NCBI GenBank assembly: GCA_951406725.2
Contig: OX597838.1
Coordinates: 32,860,001 to 32,924,000, forward strand
Origin: Octopus vulgaris
Taxonomy: Eukaryota
Direction of reading: 5' to 3'
DNA length: 64,000 nucleotides
The translations under genes and the position numbers were made by a program. Of this stretch, positions 27,284 through 39,394 are shown piece after piece (positions within the stretch are counted from its first letter, which is position 1; the number at the start of each line of letters is the position of its first letter). Under the pieces are notes generated by a model. That model had not been told where the DNA came from and made no database searches. It was given only the letters and a program-made list of their open reading frames with translations.

Positions 27284-29243
27284 CATCATCATCATCATCA
27301 TCATCGTTTAGCGTCCGTTTTCCAAGCTAGCATGGGTTGGACGGGTCAACTGGGGTCTGTGAAGCTGGAAGGCTTCGTCAGGCCCAGTCAGATCTGGCAG
27401 TGTTTCTACGGCTGGATGCCCTTCCTAACGCCAACCACTCCGCGAGTGTAGTGGGTGTTTTTTACGTGCCACCTGCACAGGTGCCAGACAGAGCTGGCGA
27501 ACGGCCACGAACGGATGGTGCTTTTACGTGTCACCGGCACGGAGCCAGGCGATGCTGGCAACGGACACGAACGGATGGTGCTTTTACGTGCCACCGACAC
27601 GGGGCCAGACAGAGCTGGCAACCGGCCACGAACGAACGGTGCTTTTACGTGTCACCGGCACGGGGGCCAGCCGAGGCTGGCAACGGACGCGAACGGATGG
27701 TGCTTTTACGTGCCACCGACACGGTTGCCAGACAGAGCTGGCAAACGGCCACGAGCGGACGGTGCTTTTACGTGTCACCAGCACGGGGGCCAGCCGAGGC
27801 TGGCAACGGACGGATGGTGCTTTTACGTGCCACCGACACGGGGCCAGACAGAGCTGGCAAACGGCCACGAACGGATGGTGCTTTTACGTGTCACCGGCAC
27901 GGGGGCCAGCCGAGGCTGGCAACGAACGCGAACAGATGGTGCTTTTACGTGCCACCGACACGGTTGCCAGACAGAGCTGGCAAACGGCCACGAACGGATG
28001 GTGCTTTTACGTGTCACTGGCACGGGGGCCAGCCGAGGCTGGCAACGGACACGGACGGATGGTGCTTTTACGTGCCACCGACACGGGGCCAGACAGAGCT
28101 GGCAAACGGCCACGAACGGATGGTACTTTTACGTGCCACCGACACGGGGCCAGACAGCTGGCCAACGGCCACGAACGGACGGTGCTTTTTCGTGTCACCG
28201 GCACGGGGCCAGGCGAGGCTGGCAACGAACACGAACGGATGGTGCTTTTACGTGCCACCGACACGGGGCCAGGCAGAGCTGGCAAACGGCCATGAGCGAA
28301 TGGTGCTTTTACGTATCACCGGCACGGGTGCCAGACGAGGCTGACAGCGGACACGAACAGATGGGTCACTTAACCCCTGCTTTCTGATATATGATTTGAT
28401 TTTGATTGTTCTCACTGGTCTTGCCGGGTCTTCTCACGCACAGCATACTTCCATAGGTCTCGGTCTCTGGTCATTTCCTTGGTGAGACCTAGAGTTCGAA
28501 GGTCGTGCTTCACCACCTCGACCCAGGTTTTCCTGGGTCTACCTCTTCCACAGGTCCCCTCAACTGCCAGGGTGTGGCACTTTTTCACACACCTATCTTC
28601 ATCCATTCTCACCACATGACCATACCAGCGCAATCGTCTCTCTTGCACACAACATTTGATTCCTCTTAGGTCCAACTTTTCTCTCAAGGTACTTACACTC
28701 TGTCGACTATGAACACTGACATTACACATCCAACGGAGCATACTAGCTTCATTTCTCGCGAGCTTACGCATGTCCTCAGCAGTCACGGCCCATGTTTCAC
28801 TGCCATGTAGCATGGCTGTTCGTACACATGCATCATACAGTCTGCCTTTACTCTGAGCGAGAGGCCTTTAGTCACCAACAGAGGTAAGAGCTCCCTAAAC
28901 TTTGCCCAGGCTATTCTTACTCTAGCCGTTACACTTTCAGCACACCCACCCCCACTACTGACTTGGTCACCAAGATAACGGAAGCTATCAACTACTTCTA
29001 GTTTTTCCCCCTGGAAAGTGACGGAAGTTGTTTTCTGCAGATTTTCAGAGGTTAATGCTCCCGAGCATATGCCACATACAAAAACCATCTTCCCTAGTTA
29101 GCCTTCCTATGACATTGCTGCACCTCTTATGTGTCCATAGCTTACACTTGGTGCATCTTATAGAGTTTCTACCTACACCTTTTCTACAGATCGAGCAGGG
29201 CCATCTACCTGAAGGCGTTTGTGATTTGTCTACCTTCCTACTT
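27284..29243 (-). mobile_element. 5'-truncated RTE LINE: ORF C-terminus, tandem-repeat 3' UTR, (GAT)n tail
   Basis: MLHGSETW, RRLRWYGHV.RM, GRGRPRKTW..VVK.DL; stop at 28412; 3' UTR array; terminal ccatgctag hairpin and (GAT)n tail. Confidence 0.88.
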
Positions 29244-29373
29244 ATTACGACTTATTACGAATATAAATATATAAAATATGAATTAGAGATAAAACCACTA
29301 TTATGCAACTCAAACAGTGATAGACATAAACCAATACATAAATAACAATTAATATAAATATAATTAATATAAA

Positions 29374-29418
<45 letters not shown>

Positions 29419-29421
<3 letters not shown>

Positions 29422-29582
29422 CGCAGGAGTGGGTGTGTGGTAAGTAGCTTGCTTACCAACCACACGGTTCTGGGTTCAGTCCAACTGCGTGGCACCTTGG
29501 GCAAGTGTCTTCTACTATAGCCTCGGGCCGACCAAAGCCTTGTGAGTGAATTTGGTAGACAGAAACTGAAAGAAGCCTGTCG

Positions 29583-29615
<33 letters not shown>

Positions 29616-29870
29616 ATGTGTGTGTGCGTGTTTGTGTGTCTGTGTTTGTCCCCCCAACATCGCTTGACAACCGATGCTGGTATGTTTACATCCCCGTTAC
29701 TTAGCGGTTCGGCAAAAGAGGCCGATAGAATAAGTACCAGGCTTACAAAGAATATATATATATATATATATATGTATGTATATATATATATATATATAAG
29801 TCCTGGGGTCGATTTGCTCAACTAAAAGGCGGTGCTCCAGCATTAAATGACTGAAACAAGTAAAAGAGTA
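29419..29870 (+). mobile_element. tRNA-derived SINE with internal (TA)n
   Basis: ggcgcaggagtgg..tggtaag / gggttcagtcc boxes, ccttgggcaagtgtctt core, tail gactgaaacaagtaaaaga; many relatives (2830-3205-, 15945-16340-, 33505-33920-, 43655-44045-, 44420-44850+). Confidence 0.8.
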
Positions 29871-29875
29871 AGAGT

Positions 29876-29948
<73 letters not shown>

Positions 29949-30023
29949 TGTATATATATAATATATATATATATAATATATATATATATATATAAACAAT
30001 TGTGGAAGGTGTTTAGAAGTCAT

Positions 30024-30217
30024 TTAAGAAACACACAAAAACCGTTAGATTCACTTCAACATTTAAGTTTAATTTGCCAAAATATTTTCGTCAAAATTCC
30101 GTGCTGCATCACGGAATTTTGTCAGTGAACAGGTCGCGGTCTCAAGGAAACGAAAATCTTTTGGCAAATCAAATTTAAATGTTGAAGTGAATCTAACGGT
30201 TTTTGTGTGTTTCTTAA
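30024..30217. mobile_element. Fold-back element with hammerhead-like centre (Penelope-like end)
   Basis: 68-bp inverted arms 30024-30091 / 30150-30217; inner 12-bp hairpin 30092-30121. Confidence 0.6.
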
Positions 30218-31274
30218 AAGTTGACCTTGGTGGAATTTGAACTCAGAATGTAAAGACAGACGAAATACCGCTAAGCATTTTGCCTGGCACGATAATGTTT
30301 CTGCCACCTCGCCGCCTTTTTACAAATGTATAATAATGTCCCAAGGATTTTCTATTTCTTATTCTACAATATATATATATATATTGTTGAGGAGACAGAC
30401 ACACACACACGACGGGTTTCTTTCAGTTTCTGTCTACCAAATCCACTCACAATCGGATCTCCCTATTTGCTCGTTAGGCCTCTCTGAGTCTAAAGGGTTT
30501 TTTCCCCCTCTGATTACAGGGAGATAACCCGTATTCATTAACGTTTTTTCGTATTCCTCGAGTTCTAAGCTTTTCCTCACATCTGCGATGTAGATATTTT
30601 ATAATTTTGTATTCATATATAGAGTCTGACGAGCTGTCCACAAGGCTTTGGCTTTGTAGGTTCAAAATTTTGGGTAACTCTATATAAAATTTTGTTGTAA
30701 TATATGTGTTTATATATCATCATCATTATCCGCTTTCCATGCTAGCATAGGTCAGACGATTTGACTGAGGACTGGTGAACCAGATGGCTGCACCAGGCTC
30801 CAATCTGATCTGGTAGAGTTTCTACAGCTGGATGCCCTTCCTAATGCCAACCACTCCAAGAGTGTAGTGGGTGCTTTTACGTGTCACTGGCATGAGGGCC
30901 AGTCAGGTGGCCATGCTCAAATGGTGTTTTTTTACATGCTGTATATATATATTATCATCATCATATGTCCGTTTTCCATGCTAGCATGGGTTGGACGGTT
31001 CGACCAGGGGTCTGAGAAGCCAGGAGGCTGCACCATTCTCCAGTCTGATCTGGCAGTGTTTTTACAGCTGGATGCCCTTCCTAACACCAACCACTCTGAG
31101 TGTAGTGGGTGCTTTTTACGTGCCACCGGCGCAGGGACCAGGGGAGGCTGACAACAGCCATGATCAGTTGGTGCTTTTTACATGCCACCGGCAGGAGTAT
31201 CACAACGACAATTCCATTTGATTTTTTATTTTGATGTTGAAGTACTTGACTCAATAGGTCTCCCCAAGCACAGC

Positions 31275-31311
<37 letters not shown>

Positions 31312-31462
31312 GTGTGTGTGTGTGTGTGTGTGGTGAATGAAAGATGGAAAATGGAATACACAAGAATTTATTATTAATCACGACACTTGCCCAAAGTGCC
31401 ACACAGTGGGACTGAACCTGGAACCAAGTGGTTGGGGATCAAACTTCTTACCATACAGCCTC

Positions 31463-31506
<44 letters not shown>

Positions 31507-31943
31507 ATATGTTCTGTCTGTGTGTGTGTCTGCTAGGATTTTGGGCATCCCCCATCCGATTGCGCTCAAATTTGATCTGTAGATACCGACGGTATCAGGG
31601 CGTGTATAAGTCTTGAAAAAATTACAAAGTTCAATTCCAGGTGAGAATGCAATCGATAAAGCCGTGGGAACGTGCATTTGTATGCGCAAGTACATCAGCT
31701 GTTGCGATGTACTTACTGTTACTTTAAACTCTTTGGTTGCATATTTGTGTGAATAAAATCGTTTTTCTTTGGAATAAAAAAAGTCTATCGTTATTTCTTC
31801 TTTTGCTGGTGTCTCAAATTTAGGTTAAATCAATGTTTCTTAAAGGGGAGGCCTATGGGACGGTCGGACAAGTTGTTTTGAGAAAATTTGGTTTAAATGT
31901 TTGACAACTGAGCACCGTCCATTGGACAGGGGTGTGTTTTGCT

Positions 31944-31988
<45 letters not shown>

Positions 31989-32017
31989 TTAATATGAAAT
32001 TATGCTTTTGTTTTCAG

Positions 32018-32176
32018 ATGGTGCAAGAGGTGTTGACAAATCTGTTGATTTCCCATGTGGCCATAAGAATGGAGGAGAGTCCTGATGTGAAGATCTACTC
32101 AAACGAGCGTAAAGTCGAAAAGATTGTCGTGCCCCTGGGATCAGAAATTGATGCGATCGATAAGAAATATGTTGAG
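32018..32176 (+). CDS. FANCM: FANCM exon 4
   Basis: tttcag|ATG...GAG|gtttga, 159 bp; VQEVLTNLLISHVAIRMEESPDV..Y..ERKVEKIVVPLG. Confidence 0.92.
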
Positions 32177-33949
32177 GTTTGAATCAGAGATTTTCTTTTG
32201 TTGCCCATCATTTTTATTTTATGTAAAGGAGGGGTTGACAATAAAGCCACGTAATTATGAAGCAAACTTTGGAAGTGTGGGGATCGGTCCATCTTCCATG
32301 CATGCATGGATAGGATGGTTCACAGGAGGTGGCCATGTAGAAAAAAATGACCCTATGCTATTCTGTCTGTTTTGGCAGGGTTTTTATGGCTGGATGCCCT
32401 TCCTAACACCAACCACTCCACAGAGTGGACTTAGTGCTTATTATGTGTCACTAGCATAAGTGAGGTTAGTTTTGGTGTGATTGTTACAGCTGGATGCCCT
32501 TCCAAATGCCAACCACTTTATAGTGTGGACTGGGTGCTTTTTATGTGGCACCAGCACTGGCAGGGTCACCAAGTACCTCGCAAGCCAAGGGATTACGAGA
32601 AGTGCAGGGGCATTTGAGGAAGGGGAACTTGTAGGTTACTCGGGTGGTTTCCTATTAGAGGAAACTTTGGGAAGGATGTGAAATGGAATATCAGAAGGCT
32701 TAATTACGGTTGTGTCTCAGAAGGCTTAATCAAGGTGATATTTCACACCAGTGAAAAACAAGAAAATGTTACTAAAATATATTTGATTTATTTTATCATA
32801 TGTGGACAAGAGATGACTAATGGCTCTGTGTGTGTGTGTGTGTGAATCAAAGATTTATAATTTACTTTTGTGTTAAAACCATTTGGGTTAATATAAGTTA
32901 CATAGTAGTAGTGTAGGCGCATGGCTCAGTGGTTAGAGTGTTGAGCTTACGATTGTGAGGTTATGAGTTCGAATCCTGGACCAGGCTGCGCGTTGTGTTC
33001 TTGAGCAAGACACTTTATTTCACTTTGCTCCAGTTGACTCAGCTGTAGAAATGAGTTGCGACGTCATTGGTGCCAAGCTATATCGGCCCCTTTGCCTTTT
33101 CCTTGGATAACACTGGTGGCGTGGGGAGGGGAGGCCAGTATGCATGGGCGACTGCAGGTTGGTCTTCCATAAACAACCTTGCCCGGACTTGTACCTGGGA
33201 GGATAACTTTCTAGATGCAATCCCATGGTCAGTCATGACTGAAGGGAGTCTCAGTAGTGGAGCATAGTTGGTGGAAACAGACATCAGAATTTCTCAATAT
33301 AGCTGCAGGTGTTGACAGTTCACCAGTTGGTCACTGACTAACTAAAAAAGTATAGTTCTCTCTAAGGCTGAGAACCGTCTGGCTGATATTACTGTGCCTT
33401 AGCTCTGATTGGTTGGCTGCCTTAACACTACTGTGGTACTACGGGGATTTGCGCTAGCTTATCTGACTCACTACAAACTCTTGTCAGACGATGAAATATC
33501 TCTCTTTACTTGTTTCAGTCATTTGACCGTGGCTATGCTGGAGCGCTGCCTTTAGTCGAGGAAATTGACCGCAGGACTTATTCTTTGTAAGCCTAGTACA
33601 TAGTCTATCAGTCTCTTTTGCCGAACCGCTAAGTTACGGGGGATGTAAACACACCAGCATTGGTTGTCAAGCGATGTTGGGGGGACAAACACAGACACAC
33701 AAACAAAGTAATTTATTTTACTATTTTACTAAGCCCTTTTATATAATATATATATATATGATGGGCTTCTTTTAGTTTCCGTCTACCAAATCCACTTACA
33801 AGGCTTTGGTCAGCCTGAGGCTATAGTAGAAGACACTTGCCCAAGGTGCCATGTAGTTGGACTGAACCCAGAACCATGTGGTTGGTAAACAAGCTACTTA
33901 CCTCACAGGCACTCCTGCACCTATCTATTAACGTTTGTTCTATTCCCAG

Positions 33950-34081
33950 GTCCTGGAATCAGTGATGCACCGGTTGATGTGTCGAAAGTTGCTCTACCGA
34001 GTCACTGCTCAAACTGTGTCCAAGTTTACTGTACTCAAGGCTCGGGATGCTTTCAGACAGAAACCTCCTCAAAACCTCTCG
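33950..34081 (+). CDS. FANCM: FANCM exon 5 (insert domain)
   Basis: cccag|GTC...TCG|gtaagc, 132 bp; SKFTVLKARDAFRQKPP. Confidence 0.9.
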
Positions 34082-35048
34082 GTAAGCCTTCTATTCTTTA
34101 TACACATGAACCTGTATTTTAGACATACATATCTGTCTGTTTGTCTGTCTATATAAATATAAATGTATCTCTGAATGTTTGTATCAGGTTGAGTAAAAAG
34201 TAAGCAACGTTTTGAACCATGAAGAATTTGTACTGGATTTTTGCTGAGTTTTGAATTTTTTTTAAAGCATTTTTTTGCAATTGCCTGATAATACAGACAT
34301 AGACTTGCCCAATCTATATCATCATCATCATCGTGTAACGTCCGTTCTCCATGCTAGCATGGGTTGGACGGTTCGACTGGGGATCTGGGGAGCCAGAAGG
34401 CTGCACCAGGCTCCGGTCTTATCTGGCAATGTTTCTACAGCTGGATGCCCTTCCTAACGCCAATCACTCCGTGAGTGTAGTGGGTGCTTTTTACGTGCCA
34501 CCTGCACTGGTGCCAGGTGAGGCTGGCATCGGCCACGGTCGGATTGGTGCATTTTACGTGCCACTGGCATGGAAGCCAGTCGAGGCGGCACTGGCTTCGG
34601 CCACGATTCGGATGGTGCTTTTTACGTATCACCGAAATGTGTGTGTGTGTATTTGTATAAGTATTAATGTATATATATAGTTGTACATGTTCGAATGTTA
34701 ACTCAGAACAACACTAAAGTGACATGACTAGGACACAGCAAACTGGTTTTGTCTGATATTTTACCAATTCTGTTTTCTATTCTTCTAATTGTAATAACAA
34801 TAAAGTTCTACCAGTGGAGGTGATCTTGGGTCAGATGATGAAAGGTTAGAGTGTGAGAGAGAGGCAGGAACAGATGTTTTGCTGTAGAGGAGTTCCATGG
34901 TTACTCAGCCAGAGAAAGGGAGAGATAGAGAGAGGGGAAGAGAAAGAGAGAGAAAAAGAGCGAGGGTTAGCTAGAATGAGGGCAGAAACGGTTACCTAGA
35001 GAGAGAAGAAATGGGAGTTATCTGATTCTGCCCTCATTCTTCATTCAT

Positions 35049-35575
35049 TCATTGTTCGACTGTGGTCGAGACAATGGAATTTACTATTCTACGCCAGACT
35101 TCACAGTCCATCATAGCATTACGGAGGTCCTGTTGCTGGATGCCTGTATCCCTGGAGATTACATCAGGGTAGGAGAGTGTGCACCCTCTGGTATCGCGAG
35201 CAGATGGCTTCCAGAGGAGAAGAGTAGAAATTACCTCGTTTTCAGCTCTACAACAATGTCCAGCAAACTGGACTCTTCTGCCGTTCACAAGAGATGATAC
35301 AGGTGCTAGTTTCCCATATATTTGTACTTTGATTGGATGACGCTTCCATGAGAGATTTTGAGCTCTCATAAGGAGGCAAGTGTAAGTTCCATCCAACCGC
35401 CTCTCGAGCTTCTTTGATAACGTCCAGGTTTCTGAGCCATATAGTAGAACTGGTTCGACCTGTGGCTTTGAAGATTTTAAGTTTGAAATCTCTATTTAGA
35501 TTTGATGACCAGATCTTATGCATATCATTACAGGCTGACCAGGCCATACCCTTTCTAGTTAGAAAATCTTTTTGG
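35049..35575 (-). mobile_element. RTE-clade LINE 3' fragment (different family), frameshifted
   Basis: AWSACNDMHKIWSS..KLKIFKAT, LLYGSETWT, RRVQFAGHC.RA. Confidence 0.75.
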
Positions 35576-35847
35576 CATTAGGAAGGGCATCCAGCTGTAG
35601 AAACACTGCCAGATCAGACTGGGCCTGGCGCAGCCTTCTGGCTTCCCAGACCCCAGTTGAACCGTCCAACCCATGCTAGCATGGAAAATGGACGTTAAAC
35701 GATGATGATGATGATGATATATATGACCCAAGATATTTGTAATCAGAAACCATATTTAAGAGCGTATTGTTGCCCTCATTCTTGTTAAGTATGTAACGGA
35801 AAACTGTAAGGCATTTTATGGTGTGTTGCTGTCTCTTCTGTTTGCAG

Positions 35848-36059
35848 CCCAGCATGATGGGGAGTATTGAGGGAGACTTTGGTCTGTTAATAAGTCTTTG
35901 CCATGGCCACGAGTTGCTACAGCTCCACGGTCTACGTTCCTTCTACCAGTATATAGCCAATATGATGGACACCGGCAGTGGCAGGTCACGACAGGAGCTT
36001 TTCAAGAATCCAGCATTTGTTGAGATTTATGAACAACTTCAGAAAGAATATGGAGGACA
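35848..36059 (+). CDS. FANCM: FANCM exon 6
   Basis: tgcag|CCC...GGACA|gtgaga (phase 2); IEGDFGLLISLCHGHELLQLHGLRSFY. Confidence 0.9.
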
Positions 36060-36968
36060 GTGAGATATCTTTTTTTTATAGTTCTTCTTTATACACGTCA
36101 TGCTTTCATAGTTTTTATTTTCACAATGCACATACACACATATGCATGTACATACATCATGCACTCAAGCCCAAGCACACACACATGTCTCACACATATA
36201 CATATGCACATATGCTTCCCAACCATGCAGCCTTGGGTTCAGTTCCACTGCACTGCACCTTGGGCCCGTGTCTTCTGCTATAGCTCCCAGGGACAACCAA
36301 AGCCTTGTGAGTGGATTTGGTACTCAGAAACAGAAAATTGCTTGTATATAATATGAGTGTGTGTGTGTGTATATATCATAGAGCATCCAGCTGTAGAAAC
36401 TTTGCTAGATCAGATTGAGCTTGGTGCAGCCTCTGGCTCACCAGTCCTCAGTCAAACCGTCCAACCCATGCCAGCATGGAAAGTGGATGTTAAATGATGA
36501 TGATATATATATATATGTATGTATCATCTATGTAGGTGCAGGCATGGTTGTGTGTTAAGAAGCTTGTTTCGCAGTCACATGGTTCCCAGGCGGTTCCAGC
36601 AATGGCCATGCTCAAAAGGTGGTTTTACGTGCTACCTGCATGGGACCAGTCCGGTGGCACTGGTAACAACCACACTCAAATGTTCTTTTTCATGTACCAC
36701 CGACACATGTGCAGGTAAAGCGACACTGGCAACGATTTCGCTTGAACAGTGCTTTTCACGTGTCACTGGCACAGGACCCAATCCGTGGCCCTGGCAACAG
36801 TCACACTCGGATGTGCTTTTAATGTTCCACTGGCACTAGGCTTCTTTCAGTTTCTGTCTACCAAATCCACTCACAAGGCTTTGGTCAGCCTGAGGCTATA
36901 GGGATATAGTAAGAGACACTTGCCAAGGGTGCCATGCAAAGGGACTGAAACTGGAATCATGCGTTTGG

Positions 36969-36999
<31 letters not shown>

Positions 37000-38338
37000 T
37001 CACACAATGGGCTTCTTTCAGTTTCTTCTTGATTGCCCACAAGGGGCTAAACATAGAGGGGACAAACAAGGACAGACAGAGGGATTAAGTCGATTACATC
37101 AACCCCAGTGCGTAACTGGTACTTAATTTATTGACCCCGAAAGGATGAAAGGCAAAGTTGGCCTCGGCGGAATTTGAACTCAGAGCGTAACAGCAGATGA
37201 AATACCGCTAAGCATTTTGCCCGGCATGCTAATGTTTCTGCCAGCATGCCACCTTCTTTCAGTTTCTGTCTACCAAATCCACTCACAAGGCTTTGGTTGA
37301 TCTGAGGCTATAGTAGAAGACAATTGCCCAAGGTGACATGCAGTGGGACTGAACCTGGAGCCATGTGGTTGGTAAGCAAGCTTCTTATCACACAGCCACA
37401 CGTACGTCTACATAGATGATTCAAGGACCCAGCATGGCCGCAGTCTAAAGCCTGAAACAATTAAAAGAGAAAAGATGTATGTGTGTGTGCATGCATGTGT
37501 TTGTGTGTGCATGTATGTGTGTGTGTGTGTGTGTGTGTGTACCTTTGATGTTATGTGATTGCTGTAAGCATCACTCTCACACAAGCGGGGCCCATTTTTC
37601 TGTCTCTCATGAAAAACTGTTTCCGCTTTGGGCAAATATTACCTTGCTTGGAAACAGGTGATAATTAGCAACTGGAAGGGCTTTGAAAAGTAAACCTTAA
37701 AGCGATGACAACAACAATGATGATGATGATGATGACGGCGATGATTGTGGCAGTGGCTGCTGCTGCAGCCTTGTTTGTTTGTTGAGCGAAGCGGTCTTCG
37801 TCCCGTTTGTAGTGGGAGAAGTCCGAAACGTGGTCCTTTGCTATTCGTAAGACCCGCAGAAGAGAAAGCAGGTCAACCCCCCGACACCGAGAGCATTGAC
37901 GGATGGATGAATGTGCATCCATGCTCAGCGGATGCGTAGGAAGTCGGGGACAAGAAACAGGAAGGAAGAGTGAGAGAAAGTTGGGGCGAAAGAGTACAAC
38001 AGGGGTTGCCACCACCCCCTGCCGGAGCCTCGTGGAGCTTTAGGTGTTTTCGCTCAATAAACACACACACAACGCCTGGTCTGGGAATTGAAACCGCGAT
38101 CCTCCGACCGCGAGTCTGCTGCCCTAACCATTGGGCCATTGCGCCTCCATTTGCTGCTGCTGTGGTTGTGGCTACAACTTTACCCATCTCTGACTTTACC
38201 GAAGTTCCCTCAGCTGCCCCCATTCAGACCAGAATTTCAGGTCTTTCATCCTCCCACACATTCACAGACATTAATTAGTTTGAAGACTTGTTCTAAACGA
38301 GTGAATATGTTTGTTGACCATTTCTTCTTTCTCTGCAG

Positions 38339-38457
38339 GAACATCTCTTTCACCCAAATGTCGACACAGCAGAAGGCCGTTCCCTATGTCCTTGGTCATC
38401 CCAAGTTAGAAAAGTTGTTGGAAATTGTGGTCAGTCATTTTAAGAATTTCCAAAAAG
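38339..38457 (+). CDS. FANCM: FANCM exon 7
   Basis: ctgcag|G...AAAG|gtatgg, phase 2-1; GHPKLEKLLEIVVSHF. Confidence 0.92.
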
Positions 38458-38524
38458 GTATGGCACATACACAAAAACAAATGATTAGAATTTAAAATTT
38501 CTTTCCACTTTATCTTTTACAGTG

Positions 38525-39220
38525 TGTGTGTGTCTCTCTCTCTCTCCCTCTCACTTCCACTCTCTTTCTATGACTTCCACTCCCTCTTTCTCACTTCCAC
38601 TCTCCCACTTCCACTCCCTCTTACTTCCACTCTCTCTCACTTCCACTCCCTCTTTCTCACTCCCACTCTCTCTATGACTTCCACTCTCCCTCTCACTTCC
38701 ACTTCCTCTTCCAATCTCTTTCACTTCCACTCTCCCTCACTTCCACTCCCTCTCACTTTCACTCTCTCTATGACTTCCACTCTCTCTCTCTCTCTCACTT
38801 CCACTTTCTCTCTCCCACTTCCACTCCCTCTTTCTCACTTCCACTCTCTCTTTCTGACTTCCACTCTCTCTTTCTCACTTCCACTCTCTCTCCCACTTCC
38901 ACTGTCTCTGCCACTCCCTCCAATTCTTACTCTCTCTTTTGTTTCCCCCTTTTGCTAACTCTCATGGTACCCCTCTCTAACACATTCTTTCCTATCTACT
39001 ACTCTCTCTCTCACTATCACTCTTTCCTCTCTCCTTTTACCTTTCACTCTCCCCTCTAATTCTCACTCTTTCCTATCTATCAACTCTCATTCTCTCTCTC
39101 TCTCTCTCTCTCAAACTCTCACTCTTCTGTCTCCTACCTCTCACTCTTACTCCCACTAACTCTTACTCACAGCCACTCTCTCTCTCTCTCTCTCTCATTC
39201 TCTCTCTTGTTGCCTCTTCT
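38525..39220. repeat. Pyrimidine-rich (CACTTCCACTCTCT-like) minisatellite filling FANCM intron 7
   Basis: ~700 bp almost devoid of G on the + strand. Confidence 0.85.
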
Positions 39221-39224
39221 TCAG

Positions 39225-39394
39225 AGAATGATAACCTGGAGACCCGTGTGATGATTTTCTCTCAGTACCGAAACAGCGTGACTGACATTGCTGATATGTT
39301 GAAACGAGAGCGACCCCTAATTAAAGCAATGAGTTTCATTGGTCAGTCTGTTGGCAAGAACACAAAGGGATTCACGCAAAAGGAGCAAATTAAG
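39225..39394 (+). CDS. FANCM: FANCM exon 8 (motif IV)
   Basis: ttcag|AG...AAG|gtaaga; TRVMIFSQYRNSV..I..ML...FIGQS.GK.TKGFTQKEQ (not in the ORF track). Confidence 0.93.

Noticed and set aside
27455-28370. CRISPR-like array and three long overlapping ORFs
   Set aside because: The intervening segments are themselves repeated, there are no cas genes and the context is eukaryotic; it is a LINE 3' UTR tandem repeat and the ORFs are artefacts.
30452-30640. Insert in a SINE ending in CTGACGAG
   Set aside because: Only half a hammerhead core; no stem II/GAAA follows.
31500-31935. Helitron/Helentron-like non-autonomous element
   Set aside because: The (GTCT)-type start and ccgattgcgctcaaattt motif are suggestive, but I could not define termini.
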